Shown here: piece by piece, positions 47,998 through 56,444 of the stretch
How positions within the stretch are numbered: position 1 is the first letter of the stretch
How the letters are laid out: each line of letters begins with the position of its first letter
IMG/VR virus record: IMGVR_UViG_3300034072_001378
Coordinates: 35,659 to 99,658 of that record
Origin: a virus
Length of the DNA: 64,000 nucleotides
Strand: one strand, 5' to 3'
The notes under the pieces: model-generated
The model's database searches: none
Seen by the model: the letters and a program-made list of their open reading frames with translations, nothing else
Told to the model about the DNA's origin: nothing
Program-made: the position numbers and the translations under genes

Positions 47998-49344
47998 TTG
48001 AAGAAAATAACAAGAACACAAAAAGTAAAAAATTTTTTAAGAAAATCGCCTAACTATATGCTAATTAGTTCTAAAAGAAAAGAATTAGACAACTACACAT
48101 TATCTGAATTGGGATTTCTTTTAAAAGATTATGAAATAATTCAAGAAATAAAAAGAAGAAAACAGTATTATATAAATGCAGAAATAAAACAAAAATATTT
48201 GACTTCTATAAAAATACCTGAAATTCCAAAAAAGAAAAGCAATAAATATAAAAATTTGATGAAATATATCACACAAGATTCAAATTTATTAAATGCATTT
48301 TATAAAGCGGCAAAGGGTAATAAAAACAGTAAATCATATTTTAAATTTAATAAAAATAGAGATATAAATTTAACAATACTAAAGAATGAATTATTAGAAA
48401 AAACATATAAAAGAGGAGATTATTATACATTTATTGTTTTAGATCCAAAAGTAAGAGTTATTAATTCTTTGTCATTTAGGGATAGAGTGGTTCAACATGC
48501 TATAAACAATATTATAGAACCAATATTTGAAAGAACATTTTATATACATTCTTATGCATGCAGAAAGAATAAAGGTACTCATAAATGCGCAAAAGAAACA
48601 CAAGCTGCAATTAGAAGAATAAATAAAAGGTATGGAACTTGTAAAGTTCTAAAAATGGATTTTTCCAAATATTTTTCATCTATAAATTCTGATATTCTTA
48701 TAAATGAGATAAGAAAAAGAATAAAGGATGAAGAACTTATGAATATTCTTTTGCAATATATAAATAATATTGGAATAAATATTGGTAACTTATTATCACA
48801 GTTATTCGCTAATATTTATGGAAATATTTTTGATTTATATATAAAACACGAATTAAAAATAAAATATTATTTTAGATATATGGATGATACCGTTATTCTT
48901 TCAAATGATGTGAATATTCTCTATAATATAAAAGAAAAATTAGATAAATTTATAAAAACCAAAATGAATCTTAAATTTAGTCATTGGTACATACATGATG
49001 TTGAGGAAAAATCAGTGAATTTTGTTGGATATAGAATAAGAAATAAATATAAACTAATAAGAAAACAAACTTCATTAAGGTTTAAAAGAAAATTAATTAA
49101 ATTTAATCATATTTTAAAAGAAAATTTAAACGAATTAAAGGATCTTTTATTTGATTATAGGGAAATATATAATATACCATATCATTTTAAGTATAAAATA
49201 TTTAAAATACTTCAAGAAAATTTTAATTCATTTGAGATGATATTGGGTGCATATAAGGGTATATCATTGTTAGCAGATAATCAAAAAGTAAAAATTAACT
49301 TAAAAGGAGAATATACAAAATGGAAGAAAATGCAATTAACATAA
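47998..49344 (+). CDS. DGR reverse transcriptase
   Basis: K.R.I.SLSFRDRVVQHA, SYACRKNKGTH, KMDFSKYF.SI, GNLLSQLFANIY, YFRYMDD, NFVGYRI motifs. Confidence 0.97.
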   Translation: MKKITRTQKVKNFLRKSPNYMLISSKRKELDNYTLSELGFLLKDYEIIQEIKRRKQYYINAEIKQKYLTSIKIPEIPKKKSNKYKNLMKYITQDSNLLNAFYKAAKGNKNSKSYFKFNKNRDINLTILKNELLEKTYKRGDYYTFIVLDPKVRVINSLSFRDRVVQHAINNIIEPIFERTFYIHSYACRKNKGTHKCAKETQAAIRRINKRYGTCKVLKMDFSKYFSSINSDILINEIRKRIKDEELMNILLQYINNIGINIGNLLSQLFANIYGNIFDLYIKHELKIKYYFRYMDDTVILSNDVNILYNIKEKLDKFIKTKMNLKFSHWYIHDVEEKSVNFVGYRIRNKYKLIRKQTSLRFKRKLIKFNHILKENLNELKDLLFDYREIYNIPYHFKYKIFKILQENFNSFEMILGAYKGISLLADNQKVKINLKGEYTKWKKMQLT

Positions 49345-49655
49345 AGAATGCTATATATAAATTAACAAATAGACCAATAGCGATGAATGAGGGTAAATAT
49401 ATTTATTTTGACACATTAAGTATTGGTATTGAGGAAGTAACATCTGAAATCTTAAAAGAAGCTGAAGTATTAGCAAAAGCAGAGTTAGATAAAAAAATAT
49501 TGAATGATAAAATAACTGAATATCAGGCTTATTTAAACAAAACAGATCATAAGTTCTTTAATGGATATAAACCTAAAGATGGTGAAGATTTGTTCGCAAT
49601 TGAAGCTAAGAGAGATGAATACAGAGAATTTATTAGATCAAATGGGATTATATAA
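49320..49655 (+). CDS. tail fibre assembly chaperone-like 3
   Basis: YQAYLNKTDHK and KRDEYREFIR motifs shared with the two upstream chaperones. Confidence 0.6.
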   Translation: MEENAINIKNAIYKLTNRPIAMNEGKYIYFDTLSIGIEEVTSEILKEAEVLAKAELDKKILNDKITEYQAYLNKTDHKFFNGYKPKDGEDLFAIEAKRDEYREFIRSNGII

Positions 49656-50398
49656 TGACAGAAATACTAATAGTCCTAGGAATTATACTAGGCTTAGTAC
49701 TTACTGGAGTCTTGAATAGACTTAGAGGCACTGGATTAATTAAACACTTTGGAACATTAAGAATACAAGAACATGAGTTTAAAATATATAAGTACAAACT
49801 AAAAGTACCAGAGATGAGTATAGAAATTAAGCTAGTATGGAATCATATATATGGATTGTACTTTGCGTTAATATTTGGATACTTAACTGGTTCAATTGGA
49901 ATTGGAGTAGCTGCATTAGTTGCTTATCTAGTTGGAGAATCTAAAGGTTGGGGAGAATGGGTTGGAGCTTTAACTAGATGGGAACCTAAAAATGAGGCTT
50001 GGCTTATTAGGCAATATGAAGATGATGAAGGTAAAAAGTTTCCATTTATACATCAGATAGCTAACTATTTCATTAAAGAAAAAGGTTTTGGTTCTTTGGA
50101 CGATAGATTAAAACAGTATACTAAATATGCTACTTTAGCATTAACTCTTAGAGGAATATATTGGTTCTTACCGATGACATTAATTGCTATATTTACAGGA
50201 TTAATTAGTTGGTACTTTGGATTGTTATCATTGGTATTAATTGGAGTATCATTTCCATTGGCTTGTTACTTGGGAAAATTGATTAAGTTCAAAAAATCTT
50301 TTAAATTTCTGCATTTTAGCAGAGGCTGGGAAAATCAAGAATTTGTTTATGGTATTTTCCATTTCATATTCTTTATATTACCATTAATACTTCTTTAG
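49655..50398 (+). CDS. multi-pass membrane protein
   Basis: several TM helices; LNRLRG and GWE.QE..YG motifs. Confidence 0.65.
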   Translation: MTEILIVLGIILGLVLTGVLNRLRGTGLIKHFGTLRIQEHEFKIYKYKLKVPEMSIEIKLVWNHIYGLYFALIFGYLTGSIGIGVAALVAYLVGESKGWGEWVGALTRWEPKNEAWLIRQYEDDEGKKFPFIHQIANYFIKEKGFGSLDDRLKQYTKYATLALTLRGIYWFLPMTLIAIFTGLISWYFGLLSLVLIGVSFPLACYLGKLIKFKKSFKFLHFSRGWENQEFVYGIFHFIFFILPLILL

Positions 50399-50409
50399 AA
50401 TTAATACTA

Positions 50410-50433
50410 CTTTAAATAATCATAGTATATAAT
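50410..50433 (+). promoter_or_regulatory. early promoter repeat (divergent copy)
   Basis: ctttaaataatcatagtatataat. Confidence 0.55.
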
Positions 50434-50437
50434 TCAC

Positions 50438-50478
50438 TTACATAAAATCATAAAGTAAAATTTTATGATTTTATGTAA
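50438..50478. repeat. 17-bp inverted repeat in non-coding gap
   Basis: ttacataaaatcataaa-gtaaaat-tttatgattttatgtaa. Confidence 0.8.
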
Positions 50479-50684
50479 AAAATAAACTTATCTATTTACA
50501 TTTTTTTAAAAAATATTATATAATATTATACTTAAAAATCTACAAATTTGATAAAATCAAAAAATCTTAATATTGTTAATCACAAAATAAAATATAATGC
50601 TATACTAACTAGCACTTGTACTAAAAGTACACTCAAATTAAAACTATTCAAAAACTTACATCACATAAATTTCAAAGGAGCTTA

Positions 50685-51233
50685 ATGCAATTAACAAAAA
50701 TTCCGGACTTTAATAGACTCGAGAAATCAAAGAAAGATAAATACAAAACAAAAGAAGAACTTCCAGTACATATGCTTTATTTAACTGAAGACCACGTGCT
50801 TGGTGCAGAATTATGTGAATTAATGCAGATTCATATGGCTAATATTAGTAATCTTAAACTACCTAGTATTTTAAAATTTGGAAATTGTCCTATTCTTTGT
50901 AAATCAGATTCTAATTTACCCCCAAAAATAAAAAGTAATCTTTTTAGATCAGATTTAACATCTTTAAAAGATAAAATTCCATTATCATATTTTAAATCAG
51001 AATATAATTTAACAAATGAAGAAATATTGAAGCACGTTGCTGATAAAATTGAGATTATTGCAGGTAGGAAAATTCTTTGTTATAAACCTGAATTCTTACA
51101 AAAAATAAAAAGATACAAGATTGATAATATGATTTATATTGCAGATAGAAAGGAATTAAATGAATTTCTTTATGAATATGAAGATATAGATTATATAGCA
51201 GTTTCAAAAAATAAATATATTGTTATATATTAA
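50685..51233 (+). CDS. hypothetical protein, possible HTH DNA-binding
   Basis: aaggag RBS; LGAELCELMQIHMANISNL helix pattern. Confidence 0.5.
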   Translation: MQLTKIPDFNRLEKSKKDKYKTKEELPVHMLYLTEDHVLGAELCELMQIHMANISNLKLPSILKFGNCPILCKSDSNLPPKIKSNLFRSDLTSLKDKIPLSYFKSEYNLTNEEILKHVADKIEIIAGRKILCYKPEFLQKIKRYKIDNMIYIADRKELNEFLYEYEDIDYIAVSKNKYIVIY

Positions 51234-51259
51234 ATTAAACTAAATTAAAGGAGAATAAA

Positions 51260-51448
51260 ATGGCATTTTATGAATATAAGTGCACGAATGAGAAGTGCAA
51301 AAATTATGGAGAACTAAAAACAGTATCAATTCCAATGAGTGAATACTCGGAAGAAAAACTACCAATTTGTGAAGAATGCAAGCAAAAAACAGTAAGAAAT
51401 TATACTGCTAATGCGCATTCTACGTTCTCTGATGGCTACAAAGGGTAA
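51260..51448 (+). CDS. FmdB-family zinc-ribbon protein
   Basis: M..YEYKC...C ... P.CEEC pattern. Confidence 0.8.
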   Translation: MAFYEYKCTNEKCKNYGELKTVSIPMSEYSEEKLPICEECKQKTVRNYTANAHSTFSDGYKG

Positions 51449-51907
51449 CTAAACAATTTTGAAATAATCAAATTTTAAACTTAAATCCATCGTTGATTCT
51501 GTTTCTGGGTTTGTTGTATCTAATTCAATGTCGCCAATACTTTCGATTCTGCAATTATAAAATTCAAACTTTAAAATTTTATTTGATTTTGAATTATTTA
51601 ATTCTATCCAAAAAGAAAATGGAGTATTTGAAAATGTCCCATCAGGTGTATCAACTGCTAAATTTAAGTACTCATAAAATTTTCTGTAAATTTCAAATTC
51701 TTCATCAATTAAAAATGTGAAGTTCAAAGTGTTATAAGAAACAGTGTCTGATGCTAGATTTAATTTTGAACCAAATCTAGCCCCTGTTTCAGGTAAATTA
51801 AATGTCATACCGGGAATATTAACGGTTGTTAGATAAAATGGTATTAGTTCAAATCTATCAGAACCACCGGTCCAGTTGGTTTTTTGTGCAAAATTATGAA
51901 TATTCAT
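51449..51907 (-). CDS. gp3: tail terminator/sheath stabiliser, gp3-like
   Basis: NFAQKTNW, TVNIPG, Y..LNFTFLIDE.FE.Y, FYNC...S.GD.ELD motifs. Confidence 0.8.
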   Translation of the reverse strand: MNIHNFAQKTNWTGGSDRFELIPFYLTTVNIPGMTFNLPETGARFGSKLNLASDTVSYNTLNFTFLIDEEFEIYRKFYEYLNLAVDTPDGTFSNTPFSFWIELNNSKSNKILKFEFYNCRIESIGDIELDTTNPETESTMDLSLKFDYFKIV

Positions 51908-51996
51908 TTAGATTCCTTTTTAAATTATTTATATTCTATATAAAAGAAATTAATATTTTGTTATATATAATTATATATACAAAATAAAGGAGCTAT

Positions 51997-53088
51997 ATGA
52001 CAGAAATATATGAAATACCTAAAAATAAATCAAAAAAAGAAAAATCTCAAAATCAATACATTAATGAAACAGAATTAAAGTCATTAATTATAAGAATAAA
52101 CAATAAAACTTTTAAAGATTATCTGAGTCTTTATTTTTCAGAATTAAATAATTTACTTAAAGACTCAAAAAATAATAAAGAACAAATAGTTCAAATTCTT
52201 AAAAATATTATAAAGGATAAAAAATATCAATTACTTTTACTATCTGATGAAGATCTAAAGGAATTAAAGGATTTAGTTCTAAATTTTACAGAAGAAAAAG
52301 ATGATAAAAATTTTAAAAGTATTCTTAAAATTGTAGAACCTTTAAATAAAGAAATTTTTGAAAAGACAAAATATTTGAATTTAGAGTATAAAAATGATCT
52401 AAAAAGATTAAGTAAATACATAAAAAAACACCATAAAAGTAAATCACAAAAATACAAAAGAATTTTAAGAGATAGTATAATAAAAATATCAGAAAGAAAT
52501 ATTATAGATTCTGAATCATATGAAAGATTTGGAGAATTGGTTCTTCTAATTATAAAAAATATACTAAAGAAACCTAAATTCAGCGGTTATACTTATAGAG
52601 ATGAATTTTATTCGGATAGTACAGATAAAATTTTTAGATATATGAAGAACTTTAATCATAAACTTATATCTAAAATAACAAATCAACCAGTAAATGCATT
52701 TAGTTATATAAGCCAATATGTGCACAATAGTATTTTACATATTATTAATACAAAGAACACAGAAACAGAAGAAACACAAAATTTTATTAATTCTTATAAT
52801 TCTGCACTAAATGATGAAACAAATAACAGTTCATTAGATTTCTTTGATTTAAGAGTAAAAGAATTTAATTGCAGCATTAAAAAAATAAATGATTCATTGT
52901 TACTAGAAATACAAAAGGAATTGGATAATATTGATTCAGATAAATTTTTGAAATACACTGATTTTGTATTTTTTTATCCAGAAGATTATAAAATATCTTT
53001 AGATGAATATAAAGATATTCTAAAACTAAAAGAAAATTTAACAGGAACTTTAACAATAACTAAACAAAAAGCAAAGGAGCAAATTTGA
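51997..53088 (+). CDS. gp55: late-transcription sigma factor, gp55-like, with insertion
   Basis: YINETEL, FG..VLLI..NI.K.PKFSGYTY.DE..SD, NF, NAFSYI.Q...NS motifs. Confidence 0.85.
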   Translation: MTEIYEIPKNKSKKEKSQNQYINETELKSLIIRINNKTFKDYLSLYFSELNNLLKDSKNNKEQIVQILKNIIKDKKYQLLLLSDEDLKELKDLVLNFTEEKDDKNFKSILKIVEPLNKEIFEKTKYLNLEYKNDLKRLSKYIKKHHKSKSQKYKRILRDSIIKISERNIIDSESYERFGELVLLIIKNILKKPKFSGYTYRDEFYSDSTDKIFRYMKNFNHKLISKITNQPVNAFSYISQYVHNSILHIINTKNTETEETQNFINSYNSALNDETNNSSLDFFDLRVKEFNCSIKKINDSLLLEIQKELDNIDSDKFLKYTDFVFFYPEDYKISLDEYKDILKLKENLTGTLTITKQKAKEQI

Positions 53089-53354
53089 ATTTAATACAAG
53101 AAAATGAATTAACAGAACAGGAACTTTATCCTGTTTTATTAAATAAAATACTAAAATATATTATAAAAGTAAAAGAATCAGATAAAGAAACATCTATGCT
53201 AGATTTAATTTTAGAATATTCTATGAGAAATTCATTAGATATAGAATTAATTGGTGATGCGATAAGCACAGATGATTACTTCAAGAATATTTTACAAAAA
53301 GATTTAGAAATAAACAATTACGGTTCTGAAAAAAAGGTTAATTATGATTGGTAA
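53085..53354 (+). CDS. gp33: late-promoter co-activator, gp33-like
   Basis: SMLD.ILEY.....LD.E.IG..I pattern; directly after gp55. Confidence 0.6.
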   Translation: MNLIQENELTEQELYPVLLNKILKYIIKVKESDKETSMLDLILEYSMRNSLDIELIGDAISTDDYFKNILQKDLEINNYGSEKKVNYDW

Positions 53355-53601
53355 AGTTCAAAGATTAAAAGACATTCAACATAGACTGAAAAGTATGACA
53401 GATTCAGAGAAAATAAATTATCTAAGATTTGACTTGCCTGAAGATATAGACTACATTATTAATATTGATAATGATTCAGTTTATATACATTTGGGTTATA
53501 ATAAACATGAAGAAAGTATTGGTGTTGAATTTGATGAGTTTGGATATTCACTATTGAGAACATTATTTGAGTGCTTAGCATTAAAATCAGATTTTGTTTA
53601 G
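53344..53601 (+). CDS. hypothetical protein
   Basis: coupled ORF. Confidence 0.55.
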   Translation: MIGKVQRLKDIQHRLKSMTDSEKINYLRFDLPEDIDYIINIDNDSVYIHLGYNKHEESIGVEFDEFGYSLLRTLFECLALKSDFV

Positions 53602-53613
53602 AATTTAATTTAG

Positions 53614-53637
53614 CTTTAATATTCTTTTGTATATAAT
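53614..53637 (+). promoter_or_regulatory. early promoter repeat
   Basis: exact CTTTAATATTCTTTTGTATATAAT. Confidence 0.75.
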
Positions 53638-53664
53638 TATATTATATAAATTAAAGGATATTAA

Positions 53665-54213
53665 ATGCAATATTTAGATAATATAATTTTAGAATTAACA
53701 AAAGATATTCAAGAAAAAACAGTTGAATGGATATTCCAAGCAATTGAGAAAACAAGAGAATTGGATATTACATTATATCAAAAAGCAAATGATTTAGCAT
53801 TAGAAAAAATCCCTAATGACAGAAGAGAAAGAGTTTATGCAGTTCCTTCTATTATAAAAGAAATTATTGAAGAAACTATTGGAACAAATACATATAATGT
53901 TGGTAAATACTACATTCAAAGAGGAGTTAATAGAAATTTAAGAGCAGAAAAAGTTTTAGAAGATGTTCAAAAAGATTTTAACGGAAAAAGAATAGCTTTA
54001 AAAAATAAAATTTTAAAATCTTGTGAAAAATGCAATTCAGAAATAAATGAAATTTCAAAAATATATCCTTTAGATAATAATACTCTTGGAGCAGAAATTT
54101 TGCTAGAAAATAATGATAAAATAATTATTTCTATTATTTGTGCTGGTGGATATAACATTCAATGCTTTCATTATAGAAGCAATATTAAAATTATTAAACA
54201 CAAAGGAAAATAA
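53665..54213 (+). CDS. conserved hypothetical phage protein (early)
   Basis: C-terminal I.AGGYNIQ..HYR motif; promoter and RBS. Confidence 0.6.
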   Translation: MQYLDNIILELTKDIQEKTVEWIFQAIEKTRELDITLYQKANDLALEKIPNDRRERVYAVPSIIKEIIEETIGTNTYNVGKYYIQRGVNRNLRAEKVLEDVQKDFNGKRIALKNKILKSCEKCNSEINEISKIYPLDNNTLGAEILLENNDKIIISIICAGGYNIQCFHYRSNIKIIKHKGK

Positions 54214-54426
54214 ATGGGATTTACGGGATTATATAAAGAATACTATTACTATTCTTGGTTTATTTTTGTTCTTAGATTTAGAAGTGGATCATATGACTAT
54301 AGAAGAAATGGAGAAGAAAGATGCGGATGGGCAGAAAAATCTGATTTAATTGATGTAAGATTAACACCCTCTAAAGCAAAGCAAGTAGCGGAAGAATTAA
54401 ATATGATTAGAAAAACAATTCTATAA
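54214..54426 (+). CDS. hypothetical protein
   Basis: coupled ORF. Confidence 0.45.
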   Translation: MGFTGLYKEYYYYSWFIFVLRFRSGSYDYRRNGEERCGWAEKSDLIDVRLTPSKAKQVAEELNMIRKTIL

Positions 54427-54438
54427 AAATAATGATTA

Positions 54439-54765
54439 ATGATTTACTCAAAAGAAATTAAAAAAGATCCGAAAGGATTTGTTATAAAATCAACAAACCA
54501 AAGAATATTACTATATGGTAAATTAGTAAAAATAATTAAATACAAAGAATATTTTGGTAAAGTTTTAGTTTTTTATAAACAAAAAGGAAAAATTTATCAA
54601 AAATATTTTGTAAAAGATTATTTCAAAGAAAGAGTTGGAAGTAACGTTGAAATGACAAGATTTATATTACAATACAAAAATATATTATTGCTTAGAAAAG
54701 TAAAAGAATTAGCAAGAAGATATCTAATAAGATATAAGTACTATGAGTATTTAATTAAACTTTAA
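54439..54765 (+). CDS. hypothetical basic protein
   Basis: ORF in operon. Confidence 0.45.
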   Translation: MIYSKEIKKDPKGFVIKSTNQRILLYGKLVKIIKYKEYFGKVLVFYKQKGKIYQKYFVKDYFKERVGSNVEMTRFILQYKNILLLRKVKELARRYLIRYKYYEYLIKL

Positions 54766-54783
54766 TATTCTTTTGTATATAAT
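54760..54783 (+). promoter_or_regulatory. early promoter repeat
   Basis: exact CTTTAATATTCTTTTGTATATAAT. Confidence 0.75.
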
Positions 54784-54804
54784 AAAATAAAAAGGAAAAA
54801 TATT

Positions 54805-55026
54805 ATGAATAGAATTAATAAATTTATTAAATTTTTAGATATAGTTGATGAAAAAATTGGAATTGGATTAGGTATTGATTATGAATATATTACTGAAGAG
54901 AATATAGATTCTTTAAAGAAAGAATTTATAGAAAAATTTACAGTACGCCATAATTATAATAATATTTTAAATAGATTAAATGAAAATTTTAATAAAAGTT
55001 ATATGGAAATTTTAAATGAAATATAA
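54805..55026 (+). CDS. hypothetical protein (early)
   Basis: ORF with RBS after promoter. Confidence 0.55.
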   Translation: MNRINKFIKFLDIVDEKIGIGLGIDYEYITEENIDSLKKEFIEKFTVRHNYNNILNRLNENFNKSYMEILNEI

Positions 55027-55402
55027 TTTCCGAGAATGGTTATTAGAAAAAGAATTAAATGAAGCATTAAAGGATAAACAATTTAAAATTATTATAAATG
55101 ATATAGAATATACAGTTATTAGAGATAATCATTTAACACAAAAAAGAAAAGGTGACCCAAAGCCTAAAGATTTTAAAATGACTAAAAATAAGTACCAAGA
55201 AGTATTGCAAAATTTAGACAAAATAAACATTGAAGAACCATTTAGCTTTACTTGGACTATTAACAATAAATCAAATATAATTTCAGCAAGTATAAAGGAT
55301 AAAACAATAACAATATTTGGTGCTATTATGAATTCTGATAAACCAGAAGAAAAACTTTATTCTGATGTTACCAATAGAGCATCTATACAAGCACCAAAAT
55401 AA
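55016..55402 (+). CDS. putative internal head protein
   Basis: MKYNFREWLLEKELNEA leader. Confidence 0.55.
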   Translation: MKYNFREWLLEKELNEALKDKQFKIIINDIEYTVIRDNHLTQKRKGDPKPKDFKMTKNKYQEVLQNLDKINIEEPFSFTWTINNKSNIISASIKDKTITIFGAIMNSDKPEEKLYSDVTNRASIQAPK

Positions 55403-55939
55403 TTAATTAAAAGGGCTTATCCCAAATTCAGTAAATAGTTTTTCAAGAGGTTTAGTTAATTTTCCTGAATTTGGGTATTCTGGGAATTTGGCTTTTCTTT
55501 TTTCTTGTGTATATAATTTTTTAAGTTTATTATAATTACTTTTAGAAATTTTAGGGTCTTTTTTTACTTCATTTGGGTGGATATAATAAAATCCATTTTC
55601 ATCGATATAAGCACCTTTTTCAAAATATTCAGCGGCATTTCTTAGAAAATCAGAAATATTAAAATCAGGGTCTTTATCTAAACCTGTCCTCTTTAAAGAA
55701 TTTTCTAGTTTACCTAGTACCGCATTTACTCTGAAATCTAAAGAAGTTCTTATTACTCCCTTTATTTCAGAGTATTCTTCTGATTTTGTTTTATGTGCAT
55801 GATCCAAAGCCATTTTTTCTAATGGTATTTCTTTATTAAGAACAGGGCATTTTTTATTATTATCTAACCAAATTTTTTCTTTAAGAATTTTTATATCTGA
55901 TGCTTTCATTTCTATGTATTTAAACTCTTTAACTTGCAT
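55403..55939 (-). CDS. gp49: recombination endonuclease VII (Holliday junction resolvase)
   Basis: CP....I....LDHAH...G.IR..L...VNA.LGK.E, LRNAAEY motifs. Confidence 0.8.
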   Translation of the reverse strand: MQVKEFKYIEMKASDIKILKEKIWLDNNKKCPVLNKEIPLEKMALDHAHKTKSEEYSEIKGVIRTSLDFRVNAVLGKLENSLKRTGLDKDPDFNISDFLRNAAEYFEKGAYIDENGFYYIHPNEVKKDPKISKSNYNKLKKLYTQEKRKAKFPEYPNSGKLTKPLEKLFTEFGISPFN

Positions 55940-56092
55940 TATTTTCCTTTGTTTCTAAAATATAATCTGAATTTATATAATTTTTTAGTACCAATTTTAT
56001 ATATTCATCTCTGTTTTCTTCTGAAATTTTATTTTTTATTGTTTCATTATAAAATACAAAATAACAATCATTTAAATGTTTCAAAGATTGTT

Positions 56093-56404
56093 TTAAACCT
56101 TTTTCTTTGCTTCGTGCACTGATAAATCTAGCCATTTTGGTTTCCACCCTTTCTCTTTCCAAAATTTACAATAATGATAAAATCTTATATTATAGAATTT
56201 TCTTATTTTATAATGTGATTCATATTCAATACCTGTATTTTCACATATTAAGTTACCGTAGTAAATTTTGTTTGAATCTATGGCAAATCTAATACCATAA
56301 TAAGTTCTTTCTTTATCTAAAATTAAATACCAATAATTTGAATAATTTGCATTTATTTCGTAATCAGAAGTACAAAAACAAATTTTTAATTTTTTAAATT
56401 TCAT
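56093..56404 (-). CDS. hypothetical protein
   Basis: ORF with aagga RBS. Confidence 0.45.
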   Translation of the reverse strand: MKFKKLKICFCTSDYEINANYSNYWYLILDKERTYYGIRFAIDSNKIYYGNLICENTGIEYESHYKIRKFYNIRFYHYCKFWKEKGWKPKWLDLSVHEAKKKV

Positions 56405-56444
56405 TTAAATCCTTTTTTAAATATTTATATCTCAAGGAGTCCCT

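Larger units (their letters stand above)
46058..49344 (+). mobile_element. diversity-generating retroelement (target-VR, hairpin, avd, TR, RT)
   Basis: all canonical components in order; A-specific TR/VR mismatches. Confidence 0.97.

Noticed and set aside
47998-49344. RT as a group II intron, retron or defence RT
   Set aside because: Adjacent avd, TR/VR pair with A-only mismatches and SQ-type motif identify it as a DGR RT
55929-56162. 77-aa minus-strand ORF
   Set aside because: Overlaps the upstream gene by 70 nt with no clear RBS; start unsupported
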